From contig NW_024704742.1 of the NCBI RefSeq assembly GCF_018977255.1, positions 88,662,001 through 88,726,000 of the forward strand: 64,000 nucleotides of DNA. The letters run 5' to 3'. The notes under the pieces are model-generated. The model was not told the origin of the DNA and did not search any database. It saw only the letters and a program-made list of their open reading frames with translations. Source of the DNA: Callorhinchus milii. Taxonomy: Eukaryota. Of this stretch, positions 35,005-46,660 are shown piece by piece; the first letter of the stretch is position 1; every line of letters starts with the position of its first letter. The translations under genes and the position numbers were made by a program.

Positions 35005-35513
35005 GAGTGGCAGTCTCAGTAGTCTGGTTCCTTAGCCAGGCTGGTACACACTCTTCCAAGGCATTGCCAATGACAGATCAGCCATCTTAGTTCATTGGCA
35101 GAATTTGGAGGGACAGACCCCCTGTAACTGAAAGCAGGGATTATTGTTAACCCTGGCAGGTGCCTGAAAACCAAATGAAAGGGTTGGCTGGTTCTAGTTG
35201 GACAAGCAGCGGGAATCTTGCCAGATAGTGCTTTCAATGGCAAGGAAAGACATAACAAAGGAAGGACGACTTGGGGCTACAGGTCCCAAGCTATGCGGTT
35301 TTAGCTGGTTAGACTCCAGCAGCAGCACAACACACACTCTGAGGGGCCCAAGTCTTGGTTCTTGCCAAATATTCTTGGAAAGTAGAATGTGTCATCCAGG
35401 AAGAGTGTGTGAATTCCATTCCAGGCACAAATCTATGAGTAGCTGGCCTACACATGTGGAACTCTCAGTTTGGTTTTGATACTTTTAAGCATGTTGATGA
35501 GTTTTTGCATGCG
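35005..35513. repeat. Unclassified ~500-bp interspersed repeat, copy 1
   Basis: Colinear homology with 41903-42353 (tagtctggttcct, tggacaagcag, tcaatggcaag, ggttttagctggtt.gactccagcag, caacacacactctg, ttccattccag, gatact.ttaagcatg). Confidence 0.7.
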
Positions 35514-36159
35514 TCAGACATTAGGCTGATAAAAAAAAAATTCCTGGGGCAAACTCTCTGAGCAACTTGGTTTATTACTTTAAAAAGTCAAGTGTGTGTG
35601 TGTGCTTTTGCAATCTGCCTGGTCTTTCTCACAGATTGTTCAATGATACAATGCGCTCATTCACATTCAGGTCAGACAGACCTTATCTGATTCCTTTAGT
35701 AATAAAGCCACATGTTTTTAATATACAAGCAGGTTAGCAAGTAGCACGCACTCGACAATCAGATACATTTAATCAAATAAAATATCACCAATGATCGTCT
35801 GTAATAAGTGGACTTTGGGATGATTAGCAATCTGTAAAACTTGATTCTACTCAATTATAGGCTTTAGGTTTAAAATTGCTAGATATATCAAAGGACAATA
35901 AATTGTCTTTTGCCCATTAACCCTATGTTCACCNTTTTTTTAACGCTCAGTACAAAAATAGATGTCGGGAGGCACGTTCAAGGGAAATTGTCTGGAGACT
36001 CTGCAATGTACCTGACATGTCTTTTTCTGTTTTCTTTTTACAGTATTTGTTAAGTATTATAGTAGATTATGCAATGATTCTTAAATAGTAAAATTAAAGT
36101 TATAAAATATTGATTAGAAATACTGTAAAAATGAAGTTAAAACAGTAAGTAATAATAAG

Positions 36160-36375
36160 GTGTCAGCTTGGCTTAGTTGGTAGCACTCTCGCCTCTGAGT
36201 CAGAAGTCCCACATCCGGCCTTTGAACTTACACAGTCTAGGCTGACACTCCAGTACAGTGCTGGGAAGTGCTGCATTGTTTGGATGTGCTGTCCTTCAGA
36301 TGATACATCGAACCGAGTTCCTGTCTGTGCCTGTTCAGATGGATGTTAAACATCCCATGTCTCTGTTCAAGAAGA
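36160..36375 (+). mobile_element. DeuSINE 5' half
   Basis: gtcagcttggcttagttggtagcactctcgcctctgagtcagaag...gctgacactccagtacagtgctggg...ctgttcagatggatg. Confidence 0.75.
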
Positions 36376-38635
36376 GAATAGAGAAGAGAAGGAAAATCAT
36401 TCGCATGGATCATTATTTTTCAATGTCTCCATGGCAATGAGTTTCCAAACGTGTCAGACACCCGGTTTAAACAAAAACAAAAAGAAGCCCTGGGGTAGTT
36501 TTATCTGTTTGCTTTGTTACGTTATGTTGTTTCTGTTTGTATCAGGTCTCACGACAGGATTCCACAGCTCTTAACCTCCATAGTGCTAATAACAATGATA
36601 TTGTCAGTGCGGATTTCATAATTGGGCATAATCACTCCATGTCTATTGAATCCAGCAGTGGGTATGTATCATAGGTAAACATTATCATGAAAATTCTGGA
36701 CTAAAAAATCATTCACCGCAGAGTGGATTTTTATTAAATGAGTGGGTATGTGAAGAACTGACAGCAGAGGAGCAGATTCCAGTTTGCTGGAGTGCAAGGT
36801 GCATCCTTGCAATGCTGGGGTTGATGAGATGGTGTTTGCAATACCCTTTCCCTAGATTAACAATAGTGTAATGCAGCCCCACCTTCCCCCCCGAGTAGGG
36901 CAGCTAAACTCACACAGAGAATCTTGGCTATAGCTTGGCAAACCCTTTAAACATTAACTGAACTCACACCAACCATGTAGCCAACCACTTTTTGGCACCA
37001 TGACATTTTTGTTACTCTGATGACAGCATTTAAGTACTGCTTCACAGGATTCTGATTGAGGTAATAATAATAATTATAATAATTAATAATAATAATCCTT
37101 GCATTGTTATAGTTCCATATCGCAATGTAAAAACATCTCAGGCACTTCACATGATTTTACTGTAAGGTGTAGCGAATGTGCATTTGTAAGCTAAGTTGCA
37201 ATCGGGTGCAGAAATGGAGCAGAGAAATTCTCCGACCTTGAGCTGGACGGTGGTGTGGGGGGGGGGGGGCTGGAGGTGGGGGAAGGAGAGGGGAAGGGTG
37301 AAGAAGGAATGATGCTGGCTGGTGGATTGAAAACATTGCATTCTGGCTAAAGTTGGTGTGTTCACAGCCAATCTTTAGGAATAGATGGAGAACTGGGGTG
37401 TTTCATAATGTGTTCCATTTAGGAAACATCAGTTAGGAAACATTGCAGCTTTCACCCCAAGATGTTTTTAACAGAGAGGCCATAGCCCCAGTTGATCTAC
37501 CCACAATGCCAGCTGATGCGAGCAGTTTCTTTTTGTTTATGTGAGAGCGAATGAAATGGACAGAAACCTGCCAAACTTTAGTAAAGTTTCAGGCTAGCAA
37601 TTGAATCGGAATAGCAAAAATTCAGAGGAAAAAAAAGAAACATTTGTTATCAGTCTTAGCATAACAAAAAGTTTTTAATAACAGGAAGATAGATACCTAT
37701 GGCAATTAATGGAAAAAACATCAAATTGAAGTCTTATGAAGAGTACGTGCTCTGGGTAGACAGCAGGCTGTCAACATAATATTAACAAGTTACCGCAGCC
37801 AGCAGGTGTCAAGTTTACAAGTTAATGAATTTATAGAACCTACAATAAACATGTCATGCAACTGCCTATTTCTTGTTAATGAAGAATCTTTATTAAGTCA
37901 ACTGGTCTTGTATGGCTGTTTGAAAACATTCTTATTTTCCAACCCGCATGTGGAGGCACCAGAGCTACCGTTTCAGCTTCTTTTGCAAGATTGAATTCAT
38001 GGAGGAAAAGTGCAGTCATTCGATGTAAAGTAACGTATTGCTAATGTGCACATCTGATGTTGGTGGGGAAAGATTTGCTACATGGAATATTTGGACAAAT
38101 GGGTCAACCAAAAGGGAATGTAGCCCTCACAAGTCCTGTTAACACAGCAGGACATTCATTCACAAAGAGGAAGGTTGGGAAATGCTAATTATGACTTTTT
38201 TTTCCATCTAAGTTGCACTATTTGTAAAAGTACTTTGAGACAACCTCCTGTTGTGACAGGTGCTGTTTAAATGCGCTCCAAGACGCTACCCTGTGTAAAG
38301 GGTGCTATATAAATGCAAGTTGTTCTTGTAAATAATACTGTATTTTAAATTACATTGTAAACTGTATTGTGAAGTCCCATACAAAGGTACAACTAAAAAT
38401 TCCATTCAGCATTAGATGTAATGCCTTTAGCAATGCACAACTATAATGGGAAATCCCATTAGTGGCCAATACGCACATCATCGACCTCTCCATGTCAAAT
38501 GATACCCTTCCTACCTCCTAAAAACAGCTGTCATCACCCCTATCCTAAAAATAACCTTCCCTGGACACATCACTGCTCATTAACTACTGCCCCATCTCCA
38601 ACCTCCCTATCCTTTCCAAGGTCCTTGAAAGAGTT

Positions 38636-38975
38636 CACGTTGAAGAAAAGAGCAAAACTTCTTCAAGGTAGGCATTCCTAGAAGAGAAGTGGCAGTGAAT
38701 TAAATATAAACAAAACCCCAAATACTGCAGATGCTGGAAATCTGCAACAAAAACAGAAGTCGCTGGGGACACTCAGCAGGTCAGGCAGCATCTATGAAGA
38801 AAGGAAAGTGAGCCCACTTTTCGAGTCTTCAACGTTCTGATGGAGGGTCATGGACCCGAAATGTTGATTCACTTTCCTTTCTCCTCATACTGCTGCCTGA
38901 CCTGTTAAGTGTTCCCAGTGACTTCTGTTTTTGTTTCAGATTTCCAGCATCTGCGCTATTTTGCATTTTGTTTCT
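38636..38975. mobile_element. Penelope-like fold-back insertion with 11-bp TSD, nested in L2
   Basis: Inverted arms of ~105 bp (38708-38813 and 38868-38973). TTGAAAGAGTT duplicated at 38625-38635 and 38976-38986. Degenerate hammerhead CUGAUGG-A-GGGUC-aug-GACCC-GAAA-UGUU at 38837-38865. Confidence 0.8.
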
Positions 38976-39196
38976 TTGAAAGAGTTGCTGCTTCCAGGCT
39001 TCACTCCTTCCTCTCCTGCCACTCCCTTTACAAACCCCTCCAATCTGTCAAGATGACAAATAACAAAAGCCCTGGTCAAGGTGACAAATGACATTCTGTC
39101 CATCTGTGACCAGATGTCTCCTTGTCATCCTTGATCTCTCTGCTGCCTTTGACACTGTGGACCACTCTACCCTCCTCCACCGCCTCTCCTCTCAAT

Positions 39197-39530
39197 TATA
39201 ATAATGTATATGATATAATCCCTGGATTTGATATATCGCCTTATCATGTCTTCGAGATGTCTCAAAGTGTTTCACAGAATATACTGTAAAGTGAATCGAC
39301 TGTATATTTTGTGGGCGAAACGCAGCAGCCAATTGTGTACAGCAGTGTCCCACAAACAGTCATGGATCGAAATGACCAATTTATTATTATTTTTTTGAAG
39401 GAATTATTACCCTCGGAAAAACGATCCGTCAATCGACTAACAACCGAGTTCCTACTTACTGCTAGGTAAACAGAGGCATCTGGAGTAAGGAAACTTTTCG
39501 ACGTGCCAGGAATCTGACCCAGGTCTCTCA
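39197..39530 (-). mobile_element. tRNA-Ala-derived SINE, long subfamily, nested in L2
   Basis: Reverse-complement body (gttcctacttactgctaggtaaacagagg). L2 sequence resumes on both sides. Confidence 0.85.
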
Positions 39531-40734
39531 TCGGCTCCACCTTGTCACCACAAATCGCTTCACCTCCATCCCCCGGAGTGTCACGTGTGGCATTCCTCAG
39601 GATTCTGTCCTCGGTCCTCTCCTTTTCAACCTATACATGCTCCCTCTTGGTGACGTCATCCACAGACAGGGGGTCAACTTTCACATGTATGCGGATGACA
39701 CCCAACTCTATCTCTCTGCCTCCAACCTCGACCCTGGGACCACTGATGCCCTGACAGATTGCCTGACAGATATCAAGTCCTGGATGAGAGCTAACTTTCT
39801 ACAGTTGAACGTCAGCAAGACCGAGGATCTCCTGCTTCGCTCCTGTCAGAGCCTCCACACCTCAGGCACTGACAACATCAGCACTCATGGATGCACACTC
39901 CAACTCACCGAGCTAATCAGGAACCTGGGCATCTTGTTTGACTCTCAACTGTCCTTTCTCCCCCACATCCATGCCATGACCCGCTCTGCCTTCCACCACC
40001 TCCACAACATTGCGCGACTCAGCCACTGCCTCTCCCCTCAGACCACCTCATACATGTCTTCATTACAATCAGGCTCGACTATGCCAACACCTTGCTTGTC
40101 GGCCTTCCCAACTCTTCCCTCCACAAGCTGCAGATCATCCAGAATTCTGCACCTCATGTCCTCTCCCGCACCAGGCTCTGTGACCCCATCACACCCACCC
40201 TCGCCCGGCTCCATTGGCTCCCTATCCCTCAGAGGATCGAGTTCAAAATTCTCGTCCTCACCTTCAAGACCCTCCATGGCCTTGCCTCCTCCTACCTCTC
40301 CGACCTGCTAACCTCTTATCAACCTGTCCGTTCCCTCCGCTCAGCCGGCTCCGGCCTGCTCCACGTTCCCCGGCCTATCCCACCGTCGGCGGTTGAGGCC
40401 TTCAGCGTCTCTGCCCCCACCCTCTGGTAATCCATCCCGCATTCTCTTTCCCTCGCTCCCTTCCTTGCCTCCTTCAAGGCATGCCTCAAGACCCTCCTCT
40501 AGGGCCTTGCCTTTGGCCACCGTCCAACCTCTCTGCCATTCCTGATCCCAAACCCCACTCGGGTCCTAATCCCTGACGTGAAAGGCACTTTACAAATATA
40601 GTTTTGTATTCTATCATCTCCGGCTATGTGCATAATGCTGAGCTGAATGGAATTTTTAGCCATACATCTGCAGTGGAGGATTTGACCCCAGAATAGGCGA
40701 GATGATCTGAATAGCCTCCTTCCATTCTATATAT

Positions 40735-40737
40735 TCT

Positions 40738-40770
<33 letters not shown>

Positions 40771-40785
40771 TCTTCTCTCTCTCTC
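40735..40785. repeat. Compound microsatellite (TC)n(GC)5(TC)n
   Basis: Read directly: tctctc...tc gcgcgcgcgc tcttctctctctctc. Confidence 0.9.
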
Positions 40786-41302
40786 AAACATGAACTGAGC
40801 AACTACTTTTTTTCTATACGTAAGTATCACCAGTTATAACAACAACGGCTTGTATTCATATACCACCTCTCTCGCAGGATAGCGTCTCAAAGCACCTGTC
40901 ATAGTTATAATCATCACATACTGGATTTTGCCTGCTACTCTCCTTCACGCAGTTAATCCCCTGATTATTCTTCGAAATGTTAGCCGTAGCCTTGAGCCAT
41001 CTATTGTTGCGTTACATTGCAGATCATTAGTTCATGGCGTACCAAGCTATTCCAGCAGCCGCAGGTTTTACTGCATGTCCAGAACAGACTTTGCAACATT
41101 TTTGTATCCCACATTTCACTTAATGTGTTCTTCCAAAGCTGGATATCTGCCTGCTTCTTCCAGACTCCTGATGTCCCTCAGTTCTCACCGCTAATGATCC
41201 ACGTTTATTCATTCCATCATAAAGTGATGCTGACAGATATTAAGCATTTCCTGTCTCAATGCAATTTAGTTGTCTTACTGCAATTGCAGCTGGCTGCATC
41301 TT

Positions 41303-41611
41303 ATAATAATCCTTGCATTTGATATAGTGCTTTTTACATCTTCTAGACGTCTCAAAGTGCTTCTCAGAATATAATGTAAAGTGAATTGACTGAATATTTG
41401 TGGGCGAAACGCGGCAGCCAATTGTGCACACCAATGTCCCACAAACAGTCGTGGATTGAAGTGACCAATTTATTATTGTTTTTTTTCTTGAGGGATTATT
41501 ATCAGGCGTGTGGAGTAAGAAAACTTGGCCAAGGTTTCACCCTGCCGGGAATTAAACCCAGGTCTCTCACTTGCGAGGCAAGTGCTCTAACCACTGAACT
41601 ACAGAATTCCA
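41303..41611 (-). mobile_element. tRNA-Ala-derived SINE, short subfamily
   Basis: Tail ataataatccttgcatttgatatag and head gcaagtgctctaaccactgaactacag. Confidence 0.88.
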
Positions 41612-41902
41612 CAAAAGCATGCGATCTTTTAATACCGAGGACACTGTGTTGGTACTGAATCCCTCATATCCCATATTCCTGTGGCTAGGACCCAGAAGCC
41701 TTAATGTTGTGTTCATCTATACTTTATCAGAACTAGTCCATATCAGTCCTTTAGTTATGAATTTTCTCTGTTTATGAGCTGCCAATTTATTAATCCTGTG
41801 TGATCCTGGTTCAGTTGTTAGCTCTTCTCTGACACAGGTTTATAGGTTAAAAATTGATGTTGAGACTTTGAACTCGTAGTCTAGGCCTTTTCTCCAATGC
41901 TT

Positions 41903-42353
41903 TGTGGCAGACTCTAGTCTGGTTCCTGGGTCAGGTGGGTCCACAGTACTCCAGGTTGCAGCACAGCCAACCTGGCTCATCAGCAGGACTTGGAAGGGCA
42001 GACTAGTCACTGGGGGCAGGGATTCTTCCAACTCAGCTCCCCTTAATCCTGTAAGCCAAAGCCCTAACAGGTAGAGTTATCCTAGCTGGACAAGCAGTGG
42101 GAAAGCTTGCCGGACAGCAATATCAATGGCAAGCAATTTGGTTTTAGCTGGTTGGACTCCAGCAGTACCCCAACACACACTCTGGGGTCCCCAAGCCTTG
42201 GCTCTTGCCAGCCTGCCCTTAAAACTCTCTGGAATTAGGTAAGCAGAGTGCATTCCTCCAGGAACAGAATGTGTTTTCCATTCCAGACACAAACAAATTT
42301 CCATGAGTATGTAGCATAGATGTGTGGAACTGGTTTGGATACTCTTAAGCATG
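41903..42353. repeat. Unclassified ~450-bp interspersed repeat, copy 2
   Basis: Colinear with 35005-35513 in the same orientation. Confidence 0.7.
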
Positions 42354-44104
42354 GTTCAATACTGACATTCTGTTGGCAAACATTTCAACGGAGCCATTTC
42401 AGCTCGATGAAGACCTCACTTACCTCCCCTCCAGGAGGATTCTCACTAGTGGAAAGGAAGGGAGGAAGAAAGACGGGAAGAAAGAAAGGGTCAGAAAAAT
42501 CACAAGCACAGCACATATAGAAACAGAAGCACACCTGGGTGTTTAATTTCTTAGAAAACTGAACAATTGTAACCTGAAAACAGTTACGCTGGATAATCCA
42601 GACTGACTGGTTTGCTTACATTTAGTCAGTGGTTTCTAAGGCAATGCTGTCATCTTATTTCAGAATGTAGTGTTTGTTTTCTCTTTTTCCATCCAGAGTT
42701 TTCACACACCAACTCTGGGGAAGGAGATAGCTGTCTGCTCCCAGGCCTCAATCCACAAACTAATCAATGTTTGCAAGGATGCAACTGATGGTGTGAGCCG
42801 TTTTCTGATGGCCCTCCCGCCATCCATCCATTAGTCCATCTGTCCCTCCTTCCTTCTCCCTCCCTCATTGTAAGGAAGTGCTGTGCTTTTGCTTAGAAGT
42901 TTCCCTGAACATTACCGCAGTGCCCCATTACTACCACCCTGTGCCCCCTCCCGTTGTAAAGCACCTTACTAATAGTCTCAGGGCAGGAGTGTGATCAGGC
43001 ACTGAAAGGGCAAGAGGCACTTAATCGACCAACCTGACACAGGGAGAAAGGCAAATCATAATGAGAGCCCCCAAATACTCTGCTAAATGAAACTTAACTG
43101 ACTAATGAGCACATAGAGTGCTTGGTAAATCAGCGTGAGATGGAGAGAAATAGCATTAAACAATTAGCACAGCCACAACTGGGCTTGTACCAGATGGTTC
43201 TGTGCAGGAACGTCCTGTATTTATTTATAGTCTCACATTCTGCTGCCTGTCTTGAACGGGATCTAAAGGTGCCATGCTTTCCTATAGGGACCACACTTGG
43301 CTCTTCCCCATAGTGCCTGCTTTCCTGCTGTTAACTGTGCTACTGTCAGTATTCAACCCATATGCCAACAACTCTTTCCCTCAGGTCTCCTCTCCCCCCT
43401 CCCCTGCACCAGGCAGGCTGCCTGCCTCAAGGCCAGTACAGGTCCTGTGGGCAAATGAAAAATGAATATGAAAAAAAATTAATTTAAAAACTAAACAATA
43501 AGTAAACCCGCTGCTATGGTGATAAAGTATAAAGGTACATGTTTGTCTAGATTACGGCGTATTACGATCAATCATCGCAAGTTAAACCAACTTGCCCCTG
43601 TCGCAGGAAACATTAAAAAAAAAGTTCAAGGTTTCTCCTGAAAACCCTGGCATCTGCTGAATAAACAAAATATCTCACCAGTGACAGTGACTGCAACCAA
43701 GCTTTCACTTGTCGTAACTCAAAAGACCACGAACACTCACTCGTGAGTTATGGGTACTCAGTGTAAGTCCCTGTCACAGCCGAAACACTTACTATCTACT
43801 TCAAGATCATGTCCCCTTGCACAGTGTTTATCCTGTGATGGTGACAGCATTGACTGAAGTACATACGGCATGAAGTATGTTAAAGTGTCTAAACGATCAG
43901 GAGATAGATGCACAATGCGCTTTGCGATTTATTTCTGATATTTCCAAAGCGAAACACAGCAGTATTTATGTTAGCACAGAGCAGCCTGGATGTACAGATA
44001 AGAGAGTGTCTGACTCCTTACTAGACCTTTAAACTTGTGCGCCACTCAAACTCATGGATCCTCACCAGGAAGTGGGAATCCAGCGAGTGTCAGTCAGCAA
44101 GGTT

Positions 44105-44312
44105 CCTTCCCCCCCTCCTTCGCCTCTTTCAAGGCCCATCTCAAGACCTTCTTCTTTGACCATGCCTTTGGCCTCACTCCCACCCCACCTCCCGCTACTC
44201 TCCAATTCTTTTGATTCCACCCCCAGCTCGGGTGAAACCCTTAACTGTCAAGCACCCTGGGATGTCCTTCAGAAATGAAAGACATTATATAAATGTACTT
44301 GTTGTTGTTGTA
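44105..44312 (+). mobile_element. L2 3'-end fragment
   Basis: ttcaaggcccatctcaagacc...accccagctcggg...tataaatgtactt(gtt)n. Confidence 0.7.
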
Positions 44313-44659
44313 CTGGTCCTCTTGAAGTATTTATAATGACAACATTTCTGTGGTAACACACCAGCTAGCTGGGTTGGAAACTTTACTGACTAGCTGAATT
44401 TCACCCTGTTGATGCATTTATGTTTGTGGGAGTATGAGAAAAAGGGGAAGAAGGGAGTACAGGAATGGGACTTGCTCCAACAATGCCTCCTGCTGGAGAC
44501 AAAAGAACAGCTTTGACATTGATCACGAGAGGTGTGACTATAGGTCCAGACAACTCCCATTCTCTCAGCTGAAGAAAGTTTTCGGTGGGCAAACCAATCC
44601 TGTAGAGAATAACTGATAGTCTTCTGTGTTTCATTTGGTTTCACATTGGTTATTTAATC

Positions 44660-44890
44660 ATTCTGGCTCATTTGGTACTAGTCTTGTCTATTGAATCCAA
44701 AGTTTGTTGGTTCAAGCCTCATGTTGGGACTTCAAACTCATATTGTCTAAGCTGACACTCCAATGCAGTGCTGGGGGTGTGCTGCATTGTTGCAGCTGCC
44801 ATCCTTGGATGAGATGTTAAACTGAGGCCCTGTTTGCCTGATATCCTCCTGGTGTGGAAGGTGCTATACCAAATGCAAGGATTATAATTG
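44660..44890 (+). mobile_element. DeuSINE, internally deleted
   Basis: gctgacactccaatgcagtgctggg...ggatgagatgttaaactgaggccctg joined to the tail. Confidence 0.65.
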
Positions 44891-45499
44891 TCACTGTAAT
44901 AATAATAATCACACTTTTTTCATAGTTATTGTCAAGAATGTATCAAATGCAATCAATCAATGATTACAGCATGCCATAACTATGCCAACGATTTTGAGTT
45001 AAATATGTACAGGTTTATCTTGTTAGGAAAGCTCCTAAACAATTATCTTGAGGTGAGAAGTGTGTCAGAAGGAGATGGAGAGCTTGTTACAACTTACATC
45101 AAGTGTAAGTCCAAGAATTCCTGAGTGTCTTACAGTCGTAATGCCTTTATTAATATGCACAAAAATGATACTACCAGTTAAGGCAATAAGAGTGTCATTT
45201 TGAGAAATGGTGCATGAAATGGACAGTAAAGAGACCAGCAAAGCCATTCTCTTCACACACTAATTCCTCTCCTCCGGAGAGTAGTGTTTTGTTTGAGTCA
45301 TTATCATTTTATAAATCAAATGAATCTGATCAAGCCATTTGTGTGATTTCAGGCTGGAGGGGAACAGGGGAGCCGACAGCCACCACTGCTTCCTACTAAG
45401 TGGGAAAAAAGTGGAGAAAAGTCTGAGTCGCAAAGAAAGTCATTTAAGTGAAGTTACACTCTGTGTAATAAGCACACTGGGTGCCAATCACTGCAATGT

Positions 45500-45816
45500 A
45501 GAGTCCTGTAGCTCAGTGGTTAGAGCACTCGCTTTGCAAGCGAGACACCTGGGTTCAATTCCAGGCAGGGCGAAACCTTGGGCAAGTTTCCTTACCCCAC
45601 ACGCCTAATAATAATCTCTCCAAAACCAAAGCAATAATAAATTGGTCATTTTCAATCTACGACTGTATGTGGGACATTGCTGTGCGCAATTGGCTGCCGC
45701 GTTCGCCCACAAATATACAGTCAATGCACTTTACAGTGTGTTCTGTGAAGCGCTTTGGGACGTCCTCCCGACGTGAAAAGCGCTATATCAAATGCAAGGA
45801 TTATTATTATTATTAT
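45500..45816 (+). mobile_element. tRNA-Ala-derived SINE, short subfamily with L2-like tail
   Basis: Nearly identical to 9570-9897, including tttgggacgtcctcccgacgtgaaaagcgc. Confidence 0.9.
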
Positions 45817-46254
45817 TCATACAGTGCCTTTCATGCGGGGAGGATATCCCACGGTTCTTAACAATCCAGGCTTGGCACCCGAGCTGGTTTAGAAATATTC
45901 ATGACCAACGGCCAAGCATCGGTGCTAATCACTGTGTATGTGTGTATGGAGATATTACTCTTTGTGAAGAACACTATATAAATGTAAGTTGTTGCTGTTG
46001 TAAATGCAAGTTGGGATTCACCTTTTAATGTTGAACTCCAGCACAATAGTTGGCTCCAAAGACTATCAATAATAAAAATAATAAGAAGAATCCTTGCATT
46101 TAATATAGTGCCATATCATGTCACTTAGACCTCTCAAAGCGCTTCACAGAATATATTGTAAAGTGGAGTGACTATATTTTTGGGGGGAAACATGGCGTCC
46201 AATTGCGCAGAGCAGTGTACCCTAAACAGTTGTAGATTGTTATTATTTAGAAAA

Positions 46255-46660
46255 ATAATTCTTACATTTGATACAGTGCCTTTCACCTTGGGATGATGTC
46301 TCAAAGCGCTTCACAGGATTTACTGTAAAGTGCAGTGACTGGGTATTTTGTAGGCGAATGTGAGAGCCAATTTGCTCACAGCAATGTCCCACAAACAGCC
46401 ATGAAGTGAATGATCAATATTATCTGGGGAATTATTGGCCAGGATACCAGGAGAAACTTGCTTCTCTTTTTGAATACTGCCAAAGGATCTTTAACATCCT
46501 CCTGAACAGATAGACGTTGGTTTAATATCTCATCCAAAAGATGGCACCTCTGACAATGCAGCACTCCCCCAGCACTGTAATGGAGTGTCAGCCTAGACTT
46601 GGGGCATGAGCCCACAACTTTCTAACTCAGAAGAAAATGCTACCAACTGAGCTAGTCCAA
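46255..46660 (-). mobile_element. DeuSINE, near full length
   Basis: Tail, gcaatgtcccacaaacagccatg, ggccaggatacc, ggatctttaacatc, ctcatccaaaagatggcacctctgac and head tgctaccaactgagc. Confidence 0.8.

Larger units (their letters stand above)
38475..40610 (+). mobile_element. L2-clade LINE with nested Penelope-like and SINE insertions
   Basis: RT motif FHMYADDTQLYLS, WMRANFLQLNVSKTE, LHWLPIPQRIEFKILVLTFK and an L2 tail at ~40575-40610. Interrupted at 38636-38975 and ~39197-39530. Confidence 0.92.

Noticed and set aside
37254..37300. G-rich tract as a functional G-quadruplex
   Set aside because: It is mostly a poly-G run with no promoter or gene context. Many similar tracts come from the antisense strand of L2.
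4225..38975. Recurring aaatactgcagatgctggaaatctg repeat as a CRISPR array or MITE
   Set aside because: Copies are dispersed with no spacer periodicity. Arms are asymmetric and TSD lengths vary, which fits retro-insertion.
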